DNA from: Verrucomicrobiia bacterium
GTDB lineage: Bacteria; Verrucomicrobiota; Verrucomicrobiia; Palsa-1439
Direction of reading: 5' to 3'
Assembly (NCBI GenBank): GCA_037441425.1
Contig: JBBISF010000001.1
Span: forward strand, 632-64,631
DNA: 64,000 nucleotides
Part shown: positions 23,234-31,665 of the stretch, in pieces
Layout of the letters: each line of letters starts with the position of its first letter
Position numbering within the stretch: the stretch's first letter is position 1
Position numbers and translations under genes: made by a program
Notes under the pieces: model-generated
Database searches by the model: none
Told to the model about the DNA's origin: nothing
The model's input: only the letters and a program-made list of their open reading frames with translations

Positions 23234-23328
23234 CTCTCTAAATTGTCATTCCTTCCGGTCTGTCGTTCTTCGCCACCGCCTCTTGAAACCAACCTTCACT
23301 CAAATCTCTCCAGCACTGATTTTTCTCT

Positions 23329-24411
23329 TCAATAGGCGCGGCTGCGGCATGGTCGCTTCCCCTTCTTGCCGGGTTTCTTAGCGGAGTCCGCTTGCGCCAA
23401 TTCATAAAACTCATGGAGCTTCTGCTGCAAGAGCTTCTTCGCCGGCAGGCAGGTCTGGTATTCGGCAATGAGCGCGGGCGAGACCGACCGGCTTAGGGCA
23501 TACTCCACGACCTCGTTGTCCTTGGAGGCGCACAGCAGCACGCCGATGGAGGGACGTTCGTGGGGCTTCTTCACGTCCCGGTCGAGCGCCTCCAAGTAGA
23601 ACTCCAGCTTGCCGAGGTATTCCGGTTTGAAGTCGTCAATCTTGAGTTCGAAATCCACGAGGCACTGGAGACCGCGATGGTATAAGAGCAGGTCGGGATA
23701 GAAATCCTGCCCGCCCACCTGCAACTGGTATTGCTCGCCAACAAAACAGAAATCACGGCCCAATTCCAAAAGAAACGTCTTCAGATTGGCCACCAACGCC
23801 CTCTGCAAATCCGCTTCCGAATGGCCTGCCGGCAGATTCAGAAAATCTAGCAGGTAAGAATCCTTAAATACCGTTTCAGCAGTGGGATGTAATTGTCTCA
23901 GCAGTGCCGAGACTTTTGGCGGAGAAAGAACCGCCCGGGCGAACAACGCACCGGCAAGCTGCCGCTCCAACTCGCGGCTCGACCACTTCTCCTGCACCGC
24001 CATGCGCAAATAGAACTCGCGTTCCTCGGCGCGCTTGCAGCCCGCAAGAATTAACACGTTATGCGTCCACGGCAATTGTCTCAGCAGTGCCGAGATTTTT
24101 TCATCCTGCCGGTAAGCCAAATAAAACTGTCGCATCCGAAACAGATTCGGGCGGGCAAATCCGCGAAGATCGGGGTGATGTTGTCTGAGATACCGGGCCA
24201 ATTCGTCCACCACGCCTTCGCCCCATTCTGCCGTCTCAAGCTTGCGGCTGATGTACTCGCCGACTCGCCAGTACAGATTGATCAACTCCGTGTTGACGGC
24301 TTGCAGCGCCCGCGAGCGAGCGGACTGAATCAGCGTAACCACTTCACGAAACGCTGGCTCGTGATCCGCCTTCCGCTTCACAATCCTGCGCTCTGCCTTC
24401 ATTATTGCCAT
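23329..24411 (-). CDS. YhcG/DUF1016-family PD-(D/E)xK nuclease-domain protein
   Basis: The N-terminal helical region is as in DUF1016 (LINLYWRVGEYISRKL, NLFRMRQFYLAY, LPWTHNVLIL, EREFYLRMAVQEKWSSRELERQL). The C-terminal nuclease-like core is DLLLYHRGLQCLVDFELK. Its ATG shares one nt with the nuoL stop (TAATG). Confidence 0.85.
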   Translation of the reverse strand: MAIMKAERRIVKRKADHEPAFREVVTLIQSARSRALQAVNTELINLYWRVGEYISRKLETAEWGEGVVDELARYLRQHHPDLRGFARPNLFRMRQFYLAYRQDEKISALLRQLPWTHNVLILAGCKRAEEREFYLRMAVQEKWSSRELERQLAGALFARAVLSPPKVSALLRQLHPTAETVFKDSYLLDFLNLPAGHSEADLQRALVANLKTFLLELGRDFCFVGEQYQLQVGGQDFYPDLLLYHRGLQCLVDFELKIDDFKPEYLGKLEFYLEALDRDVKKPHERPSIGVLLCASKDNEVVEYALSRSVSPALIAEYQTCLPAKKLLQQKLHEFYELAQADSAKKPGKKGKRPCRSRAY

Positions 24412-26240
24412 TACCTCACCACCACGTAATAAATGATCACCGTCACGCCGAGGCCGAAAAAGAACGCATAGCTCTGGATGTTACCGGTCTGCAAAAGCCG
24501 CAGCGTCTTACCGGCGATGCTCGTCGTGCTGGCCAGACCGCCAATGCCGAGGCGCTGGAGAATCCAGCGGTCGAACAATTCGCACGTCGCGGCGATCGTG
24601 CCTTGCACGTACTTCACAATCCACAGGTACAACTCATCGAAGTAGTACTTGTTCTCGACCCACGTCCAAACCTTGCCCAACGCGGCCTTGACCGGAGCGT
24701 CGCTGGGCTCGGCTTTCCAGTAAATCTTGGCGGCGAACGCGAACCCGGCCAGCGGCACCAGCAGCAGTACGTAACCCAAATTGCTGTGCTCGATTTCCGT
24801 CGCTGGGTCGAGGAAATGCGGGACCGCGGAATGCCAGCCGCCAATCACCGAGAGAATCGCCAGAAATACCAACGGCAGGGTCATCACCCACGGCGATTCA
24901 TGGGCGTGCTCGTAGGCATGATGATCGCGGGGCTTGCCGAAGAACACCACGAAGACCTCCCGGCCCATGTAATAGGCCGTCAGAAACGCCGTGGCCGTGC
25001 CGAGGATGAACAGCGGCAGGCTATGCGCCTTGGCCAGCAACAGGATTTCGTCTTTGCTGTAAAACCCGGCAAACGGAAACACCCCGGCCAGCGCCAGCGT
25101 GCCGATCATGAAAGTCGCGAACGTGATCGGCGTCTTCTTCCACAGTCCGCCCATCTTCCAGATGTCCTGTTCGTGATGCAACGCGAGGATCACGCTGCCA
25201 GCTCCGAGGAACAACAACGCCTTGAAGAACGCATGCGTCGTCAGGTGGAACATCGCCGCCGTCGTGCCGCCCAATCCGACCGCCATTACCATGTAACCAA
25301 GTTGCGAAAGTGTGGAGTAGGCGAGGATGCGTTTGATGTCGTTTTGGGCAATGGCAATCGTTGCCGCCATCACCGCCGTAATGCCGCCAATCCACGCAAT
25401 GAGTGTCAACGCCGTATGGCTCGGAAGAATCAGAAACGACACCCGGCAAAGCATGTAAACACCGGCCGCCACCATCGTCGCCGCGTGGATGAGCGCGGAA
25501 ACCGGCGTCGGCCCCTCCATCGCATCCGGCAACCAGACATGCAGCGGGAACTGCGCGCTTTTGCCCACCGCCCCGCAGAAAATCAACGCGCCAATCAACC
25601 CCAGCGTCCCGGCAGGAATCGCGGCAATCTTGCCGGGAAGCTCCGCGAAGTTGAACGTCCCGGTCTGCGTCCACAGCAACAACACGCCGAGCATCATCCC
25701 GAAGTCGCCGATGCGGTTGACGAGAAACGCTTTCTTGCCGGCTTCCGCCGCGCTGGGTTTCTCGAACCAGAACCCGATGAGCAAGTAGCTGCTGACGCCG
25801 ACCAGTTCCCAGAAGATGAAAATCTGGATGAAATTGTTCGCGAGCACGATGCCGAGCATCGAAAAGGTAAACAGCGACAGGCAGGCGAAGAATCGCGAGA
25901 ATCCCGGGTCGCCCTTCATATATCCAACTGAGTAAATGTGAATCGCGGAGCCGACGCCGGTCACCACGAGCAGCATCAGGATGCTGAGCCGGTCCATCGT
26001 CGCACCAAACTCGATCTTCACGAGGTCGCCGATCACCAACCACTGGAAGGGCCGGGGTTGGATGAGTTCCAGATTGCCGCCCGTTGCCAAAAACTTGAAA
26101 ATGGAGAGCGAGAACGCGAACCCAATCAGGATGGCCGCGATCGAGATCAGCGCGCTGAGCATCTGGAAACGCCGGGTGAACACCGTGATCACCACGGCGG
26201 CAACAAGCGGGGAAAACAGAATGATCCAAGGGAGGTTCAT
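24411..26240 (-). CDS. nuoL: NADH-quinone oxidoreductase subunit L
   Basis: 609 aa, antiporter-like with a long C-terminal lateral-helix region. Order is K-L. Confidence 0.93.
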   Translation of the reverse strand: MNLPWIILFSPLVAAVVITVFTRRFQMLSALISIAAILIGFAFSLSIFKFLATGGNLELIQPRPFQWLVIGDLVKIEFGATMDRLSILMLLVVTGVGSAIHIYSVGYMKGDPGFSRFFACLSLFTFSMLGIVLANNFIQIFIFWELVGVSSYLLIGFWFEKPSAAEAGKKAFLVNRIGDFGMMLGVLLLWTQTGTFNFAELPGKIAAIPAGTLGLIGALIFCGAVGKSAQFPLHVWLPDAMEGPTPVSALIHAATMVAAGVYMLCRVSFLILPSHTALTLIAWIGGITAVMAATIAIAQNDIKRILAYSTLSQLGYMVMAVGLGGTTAAMFHLTTHAFFKALLFLGAGSVILALHHEQDIWKMGGLWKKTPITFATFMIGTLALAGVFPFAGFYSKDEILLLAKAHSLPLFILGTATAFLTAYYMGREVFVVFFGKPRDHHAYEHAHESPWVMTLPLVFLAILSVIGGWHSAVPHFLDPATEIEHSNLGYVLLLVPLAGFAFAAKIYWKAEPSDAPVKAALGKVWTWVENKYYFDELYLWIVKYVQGTIAATCELFDRWILQRLGIGGLASTTSIAGKTLRLLQTGNIQSYAFFFGLGVTVIIYYVVVR

Positions 26241-26548
26241 AGGCGCATCGAATTCAATTCATCCACGCTCACCGTTTGTTTCCGGCGGTACAACGCCACG
26301 ATGATCGCGAGGCCGACCGCCACCTCGGCGGCGGCGATGGCGATGATGAAAAACACGAACACCTGGCCGTCCACGAGCCGGTTGAACTTCGAGAACGCCA
26401 CGAGGGCGAGGTTGGCGGCGTTGAGCATCATCTCCAGCGCCATGTAGATGACCAACGCGTTGCGGCGCAGCACCACGCCGCCCATCCCCAATGCGAACAG
26501 GACGCCGCTAACGATCAAGTAATGGTTGAGCGTGATGGTGCTGGTCAT
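26237..26548 (-). CDS. nuoK: NADH-quinone oxidoreductase subunit K
   Basis: Only the last 103 codons of the 352-aa track ORF ([21 protein letters not shown]...). The start overlaps the nuoJ stop (ATGA). Confidence 0.9.
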   Translation of the reverse strand: MTSTITLNHYLIVSGVLFALGMGGVVLRRNALVIYMALEMMLNAANLALVAFSKFNRLVDGQVFVFFIIAIAAAEVAVGLAIIVALYRRKQTVSVDELNSMRL

Positions 26549-27045
26549 TTCAGTTCTTTCTTGGAGAGCAGAATCACGCCGATCATCGCCACCAGCAGCA
26601 GCAACGCGGTCACCTCGAACGGGAGCATGTAATTCGCGAACAATGGCTTCACCACGTCTTTCAGTCCGGCTTGGAAGCCGGCGGGGCCGGTCGCCAGCGG
26701 TTGAATGGGTTGGATGAGGATGAACGCGAGTTCCCACACCAGCGCGGCAACTATGACAAGTCCACCAATGATCCCCAGCCACCGGAACTTGCGGCGTTCG
26801 CTGGCTTTGATGTCGAGCAGCATGATGACAAACAGGAACAACACCATGACCGCGCCCGCGTACACCAAAATCTGGATCGCCGCGAGAAAGAACGCCTCCA
26901 GCAGCACGAACAATCCGGCCAGAAAGACGAACAACAGCACCAGCGACAGCGCGCTGGCGACAGGATTGTGGTTCACAATCACCAGCACGCCGCACAGCAG
27001 CATCGCAATGCTGAAAAACCAAAACAATGTATCGTGAACAATCAT
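26545..27045 (-). CDS. nuoJ: NADH-quinone oxidoreductase subunit J
   Basis: 166 aa and five TM helices. [19 protein letters not shown] motif. Confidence 0.88.
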   Translation of the reverse strand: MIVHDTLFWFFSIAMLLCGVLVIVNHNPVASALSLVLLFVFLAGLFVLLEAFFLAAIQILVYAGAVMVLFLFVIMLLDIKASERRKFRWLGIIGGLVIVAALVWELAFILIQPIQPLATGPAGFQAGLKDVVKPLFANYMLPFEVTALLLLVAMIGVILLSKKELK

Positions 27046-27048
27046 CGT

Positions 27049-27624
27049 CTAGTGCCCACCGGCCTTCGGTTCGACTGGCGTGCCGTCGCGGACCGGCGCG
27101 ATTGGCGTGCCGGGCGGCGGCGCGCCCTTGTACTTCCACTTCCAAATCGAGTCCGGCTGCACGCCGCCGAGTTCCAGCAGCTTCGGCTTGTTGAACCGCA
27201 TCTCCTCGCGCTTGTAGCCGGTGATCGCGAAAACGTTCTTCAGGAAGATCGCCTCCTCCGGGCAGACTTCCTCGCAGTAACCGCAGTAAATGCACCGCAG
27301 CATGTCGATGACAAATTCCTTCGGCTCTTTCTCGACGTTCGCGTCAAACGCCTGTTCCGCGCGAAAGCCCGGTGTGATGCGAATCGCCTTCGGCGGGCAC
27401 ACGAACTCGCAAAGCTGGCACGACACGCATTTCACCCGGCCGTCCGGGTCTTTCACCAACGTCGGCGCGCCCCGGTAATCCCCGAACAGCACCGGCTTTT
27501 CTTCCGGGTACATGCGCGTGAACTTCCGCCGTGGGATGTGCCGCAACGTCAGCCACAGCCCGTGCACGATCTGCGGGATGTATGACTTTTCCCAGAACGT
27601 CAATTTTGGCCGTTTAACTTGCAT
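27049..27624 (-). CDS. nuoI: NADH-quinone oxidoreductase subunit I (2x[4Fe-4S] ferredoxin-type)
   Basis: Two CxxCxxCxxxCP motifs ([24 protein letters not shown]). The likely start, [13 protein letters not shown] at 27624, shares one nt with the nuoH stop. Confidence 0.9.
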   Translation of the reverse strand: MQVKRPKLTFWEKSYIPQIVHGLWLTLRHIPRRKFTRMYPEEKPVLFGDYRGAPTLVKDPDGRVKCVSCQLCEFVCPPKAIRITPGFRAEQAFDANVEKEPKEFVIDMLRCIYCGYCEEVCPEEAIFLKNVFAITGYKREEMRFNKPKLLELGGVQPDSIWKWKYKGAPPPGTPIAPVRDGTPVEPKAGGH

Positions 27625-28655
27625 TACTTGGTCACCACCGCCAGCACCACGCCGGTGATCAAAATGTTCAGGATCGTCAATGGGATGAAAATCTTCCAAC
27701 CCAGCGCCATCAGTTGGTCATACCGGAACCGCGGCAACGTCCACCGCACCCAGATGAAGAAGAACAGGAAACAGAGTACTTTCGCCAGGAAAATTCCGAT
27801 TTGCGCCAGCCCGACGCCCAGCGTCTGCGCGGGCGCATTGAACGGCGCGAACGGCAACGACCACCCGCCGCAGAACAACGTCACCATCACCGCTGATGCC
27901 ACAAACATGTTGGCGTATTCGCCGAGGAAAAACATCGCGAACTTCATCGAACTGTACTCAGTGTGATACCCGCCCACCAGTTCCTGCTCCGCTTCCGGGA
28001 AATCGAACGGCAGCCGGTTGGTTTCCGCAAACGCGCTCACGAGGAAAATGAAGAACGACAGTGCGAGATACGGATAGCAGACGAAGGGCAGATGCCGTCC
28101 TTGGTACTCCACCACCTTCATCAGATTCAACGTGCCGGCCTGCATGAAGACCGGAACCACGCTTAAGCCGAGGCACACCTCGTAGGAAATCATCTGCGCG
28201 CTGGAGCGAATTCCGCCTAGGAATGGATACTTCGAATTGCTCGACCAGCCGGCCAAGACAATGCCGTACACGCCCAACGATGCGACGGCAAAAATAAACA
28301 GGATGCCCACGTTCAAATCCGCGATGACGCCGGTGATCGCGTGTCCGGCAATCGGCAGATTACTACCCCACGGAATAACCGCAATCGTGATCAAGGCCGG
28401 CACCATCGTCAGCGCCGGCGCCAGCGTGAAGTAGAACTTGTGCACGTGCCACGGCAACACGTCTTCCTTGAAAATGAACTTCAGCCCATCCGCCAACGGC
28501 TGCAACACGCCGAACGGCCCGACCCGATTCGGCCCGATCCGGTCCTGCATCCACGCGCAAATCCAGCGCTCGGCCATCACCGTGTACGCCACAATCCCCA
28601 GCATCACGCCGATCACGCAAACGATCTTAATCAAATGGATGATGAGCTCGTTCAT
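27624..28655 (-). CDS. nuoH: NADH-quinone oxidoreductase subunit H
   Basis: 343 aa. [24 protein letters not shown]-like N-terminus ([25 protein letters not shown]) and [15 protein letters not shown] motif. Confidence 0.93.
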   Translation of the reverse strand: [343 protein letters not shown]

Positions 28656-30289
28656 TTCTTATCAGCCACTAATCCACACGAATCTTTAAGAATTGGTGTT
28701 TCATTCGTGTCTATTTGTGGCTTCAATTCGATTCCTTGATCGCCAATCTTCGAAAGATTTAATCCCGCCAAGGCCGGCAACGACCGCGCCATGTCGGCAA
28801 AGACGTCTTCGATGGCGGCGTAGTTTGCGCCAAGCAGTGCGGTCAATGTCTGCCATTCCGGCCGCGCGATGCCCACCGGCTGGATTGCCGCTTGGAAACG
28901 CTGCAACCGGTTCTTCGCATTGATAAACGTACCGCGTTTCTCGGCAAAGGTCGCGCCCGGCAATACGTAGTGCGCGTGCTCAGTCACCTTCGTCGGCAAG
29001 GTGTCGATGACGACGAGCAGATCGAGTTTCTTCGCCAGCTCTTCATCCAAATCCTCGCCGAGCACGACGAGCGTCTTGATCTTGCCGGCTTTGATGCCTT
29101 CGAGAATCTCCGGCAACTTGCCGGTCGCACAACCGGTAAGTTTCGCGCCAGCAGTATTCGAATTCCGGTCGGCTTGTAACAGCTTGCCGTCGGCTTCGCC
29201 GGTATGGGGGACGATGTCCACTATGTCGCCGACGAGTTTCTTGAACAGGAAAAGTTCTTCGGTCGTGGCCCGGGCACTCGCGATGCCGGCGATGTTGCCG
29301 GCGGCTTTGAGCTTACCGGTGATTTGCCGGGTGGCTTCGAGCCAGGTGAGATTGACGCGCTCGCCGTAGACGGCGCTTTTGACGCTCGGCGAGGTGATGC
29401 GGCGCGGGTCGTTGATGAATTTGTAGTTGAGCCGGCCGTAGTCGCACATCCAGCATTGGTTGACGGCGTCGTTGTCGCGCGGCGTTTGCCGGTAGACGAC
29501 GCCTTCGCGCGACCAGAGGACGGTGTTGCAGCCGGTCGCGCAGTTCGGGCAGACCGACTTCGTCTCCTTCAAGAACCAGACGCGTTGCTCAAATCGAAAA
29601 TCCGTCTGCGTCAGCGCGCCGACGGGACAGATGTCGACGATGTTGAGATCGTAATTCGTTTTTGGCTCTTGGCCGGGGTAGCAGGTGAGCGTCGAGTAGC
29701 TGCCGCGGTTGACGAAGCCGAGGCAATCCTGCCCGGCCACTTCTTTCATGAAGCGGATGCAACGCGAGCAGAGGATGCAGCGTTCGTCGTCAAGCGTGAT
29801 TTTCGCGTTGAGCTTGGTCTGTTTCGGCTTGTGCACTTTTTCTTCGACGAACCGGCTCTGGCCTTTGCCGTAGTCGACGCTGAACTCTTGTAACCGGCAT
29901 TCCCCTGCTTGGTCGCAGATTGGGCAATCGAGCGGGTGATTGATGAGGAGAAATTCCATCACGCCTTCGCGCGCTTTGACGACTTTCGGCGAACGCGTGT
30001 GCACCACCATGCCGTCGGCGACCGGTTTGTTGCAGCCGATTTCCAACTTCGGCGCGAACATGATCACCGGCTTGCCGCCTGGCCCGATTTCCGGTTTCTT
30101 ATCTTTATCGAGCTTCGGCATGCCGACATCGCACAAGCACATGCGGCAATTGCCGGCGATGGTCAGCTTCGGGTGATAGCAATAATGCGGCACTTCGATG
30201 CCGGCGATTTTCGCCGCCTCGATGAGGTTCATCCCCTTCGGCGCGACGACTTCCTTGCCATCAATTGTCAGTTTTACAGTATCAGCCAT
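28652..30289 (-). CDS. nuoG: NADH-quinone oxidoreductase subunit G (short form)
   Basis: N-terminal 2Fe-2S and 4Fe-4S motifs (CYHPKLTIAGNCRMCLCDV, HPLDCPICDQAGECRLQ, CILCSRCIRF). The C-terminal tail ...KPQIDTNETPILKDSCGLVADKK is encoded by the repeat element, so the functional C-terminus is uncertain. Confidence 0.9.
   Translation of the reverse strand: MADTVKLTIDGKEVVAPKGMNLIEAAKIAGIEVPHYCYHPKLTIAGNCRMCLCDVGMPKLDKDKKPEIGPGGKPVIMFAPKLEIGCNKPVADGMVVHTRSPKVVKAREGVMEFLLINHPLDCPICDQAGECRLQEFSVDYGKGQSRFVEEKVHKPKQTKLNAKITLDDERCILCSRCIRFMKEVAGQDCLGFVNRGSYSTLTCYPGQEPKTNYDLNIVDICPVGALTQTDFRFEQRVWFLKETKSVCPNCATGCNTVLWSREGVVYRQTPRDNDAVNQCWMCDYGRLNYKFINDPRRITSPSVKSAVYGERVNLTWLEATRQITGKLKAAGNIAGIASARATTEELFLFKKLVGDIVDIVPHTGEADGKLLQADRNSNTAGAKLTGCATGKLPEILEGIKAGKIKTLVVLGEDLDEELAKKLDLLVVIDTLPTKVTEHAHYVLPGATFAEKRGTFINAKNRLQRFQAAIQPVGIARPEWQTLTALLGANYAAIEDVFADMARSLPALAGLNLSKIGDQGIELKPQIDTNETPILKDSCGLVADKK
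28664..28722. repeat. intact (empty) palindromic intercistronic element of the 'cacgaat' family at the nuoG/nuoH junction
   Basis: Arm agccactaatccacacgaat (28664..28683) pairs with attcgtgtctatttgtggct (28703..28722) at 17/20 positions around a 19-nt loop. It lies inside the last about 25 codons of the nuoG ORF. Confidence 0.75.
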
Positions 30290-30296
30290 GTTTTCT

Positions 30297-30316
30297 TAGC
30301 CACGAATTACACGAAT
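30297..30316. repeat. 'cacgaat' repeat arm (left or outer arm of the nuoF/nuoG junction)
   Basis: tagccacgaattacacgaat starts 8 nt from the nuoG ATG. Its inverted partner is at 31635..31665. Confidence 0.7.
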
Positions 30317-30372
30317 AGCCGAGTCCGACGAGACGCCGTCCTCGGCAAACACGAATCCACACAACCCAGCCT

Positions 30373-30403
30373 TGTCATTCTGAGCGAAGCGAAGAATCTC
30401 TGT
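30373..30403. repeat. left copy of a perfect 31-bp inverted repeat (REP-like, core tcattctgagcgaagcgaagaatctctg)
   Basis: Checked base by base. The reverse complement equals 31330..31360. Confidence 0.9.
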
Positions 30404-30423
30404 TGTCCGGTCTGCCGTTTCAT

Positions 30424-31293
30424 TCAACTCGCCTTGTACTCCTCAACAGCTTTTTCAACCAGTTCGGCGAGGAGCTTGTGGCACGGGTTGCAATGTTTTT
30501 GTTCGACCGCTACCCACAATCTCTCGTCATAGATCCCGGCTTCGATACCAGCCTCTTCAAATCGACCAACCCACTTCGCGCCGTCCGAAATATCAACGCG
30601 TAGCTCCAGCCATTTCTTCTTCGGTTTGAAGTCGATGAAGTTGCGGGCACGCAATCCGTCGTGCAACCCGATGTAATACCGGTTGAACTTCAACTGAAGC
30701 TTTGGATCGGCCGTTTGGTTGATGAGATCGAGGAATGTATCAGCCAACTTGACAGTCTCAGGCGTCGCTCTTGTGTTCCAGTAGTCTCGACCAACCGGCT
30801 TGTTCCCCTCGCCTTCATCGTCCTGCCTCAGAGCAACACGGTCGAGGACGCGTACGAAGTCCAACACGATTTGGTCGCCAACCTTGAGAGCATTCAGTTG
30901 TATCGCGATGAACGGAATCGTCCCGGAGAAGAGAGCAAGGATGTTCAGAAACCGGGTAGTGATGTCTTCGGCGACTAATACCGCGCAGTGGTCGTAGCCG
31001 GGGTATCTACGCCTTTCGATGTCCCAGTACTCAATGCACCGAATGATGTGGCTCTCGTCAGTCTGCCCAAGCATCAACTCAACTTCGTACCGGCAATTTT
31101 CTTCACGACTAAACAACAGTAGATCTAGCCGCCCAGCTTTGTCCTGCTTGCGCTCTTGATCAATGACCTCAACGTCTCCCAAACCGAGAATGGTAGGGTC
31201 TTCATAGATGCGGTCCTGAAGCCATCGCTCGGTGAACTCGCCGTGATTCTTCAACTCAATCGGTTCAGGCTTGGTGTATCGGAGAGCAGCCAT
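30424..31293 (-). CDS. hypothetical protein with an N-terminal NucS/DUF91-like PD-(D/E)xK-fold domain
   Basis: 289 aa, AAGGAG RBS at 31301..31306. EDPTILGLGDVEVIDQERKQDKAGRLDLLLFSREENCRYEVELMLGQ resembles the D...E.K nuclease core of NucS-like proteins, but the Lys position reads ELM. The C-terminal half has a YYIGL...F..FKPKKKWLELRV pattern of unknown function. Confidence 0.45.
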   Translation of the reverse strand: MAALRYTKPEPIELKNHGEFTERWLQDRIYEDPTILGLGDVEVIDQERKQDKAGRLDLLLFSREENCRYEVELMLGQTDESHIIRCIEYWDIERRRYPGYDHCAVLVAEDITTRFLNILALFSGTIPFIAIQLNALKVGDQIVLDFVRVLDRVALRQDDEGEGNKPVGRDYWNTRATPETVKLADTFLDLINQTADPKLQLKFNRYYIGLHDGLRARNFIDFKPKKKWLELRVDISDGAKWVGRFEEAGIEAGIYDERLWVAVEQKHCNPCHKLLAELVEKAVEEYKAS

Positions 31294-31329
31294 GTCTTAC
31301 CTCCTTGTTCCTTTCCTGCGACTGGTACG

Positions 31330-31360
31330 ACAGAGATTCTTCGCTTCGCTCAGAATGACA
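31330..31360. repeat. right copy of the perfect 31-bp inverted repeat
   Basis: acagagattcttcgcttcgctcagaatgaca is the exact reverse complement of 30373..30403. Confidence 0.9.
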
Positions 31361-31532
31361 GGGCGAGGGAGGAGGGGCGGCACGATAGCGTATCCGCTGA
31401 CGTAGCTGCCGTTCGTCGTGTGCGTCCACGTCCATTGCACGTCTTCGTTCGGCGCGAGCATGACGCCTTGAACCGCTGGCGCCCCCGGCAGGGCTGATTG
31501 CGGTGCTAAGACCCAACGAATGCCGGCTTTCC

Positions 31533-31622
31533 TAGCCACTGATTCACACAGATGGGACACGGATCGGCGCTTCGCAGAAGCGCCGCTACACCGTCTGTGT
31601 TTATCTGTGTTCATCTGTGGCT
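31533..31622. repeat. palindromic element, 'cacagat' variant of the cacgaat family, with an inner hairpin
   Basis: tagccactgattcacacagat (31533..31553) pairs with atctgtgttcatctgtggct (31603..31622) at about 17/21 positions. An inner 7-bp hairpin ggcgctt-cgcag-aagcgcc lies at 31566..31584. Confidence 0.65.
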
Positions 31623-31634
31623 TCAATGCCGGCC

Positions 31635-31665
31635 ATTCGTGTTTATTCGTGTTCATTCGTGGCTA
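31635..31665. repeat. 'cacgaat' repeat arm (right or outer arm of the nuoF/nuoG junction)
   Basis: attcgtgtttattcgtgttcattcgtggcta. It encodes the last residues and the stop of nuoEF (..SSHE, TGA at 31653..31655). Confidence 0.75.

Noticed and set aside
26237-27295. 352-aa ORF covering the nuoK, nuoJ and nuoI region.
   Set aside because: Only the last 103 codons (from ATG 26548) look like NuoK. The upstream part overlaps nuoJ and nuoI out of frame.
30479-30493. TGGCACGGGTTGCAA as a sigma-54 promoter.
   Set aside because: The spacer between GG and GC is only 8 nt. The site also lies inside the NucS-like coding region on the opposite strand.
31297-31656. 119-aa ORF (MNTNKHEW...VILSEAKNL...) between nuoEF and the NucS-like gene. 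Also the plus-strand ORFs 29909..30532 and 31156..31497.
   Set aside because: Both ends are translations of the cacgaat arm and the REP-like inverted repeat. No motifs or RBS are present. The middle part could be a gene remnant, but this cannot be supported.
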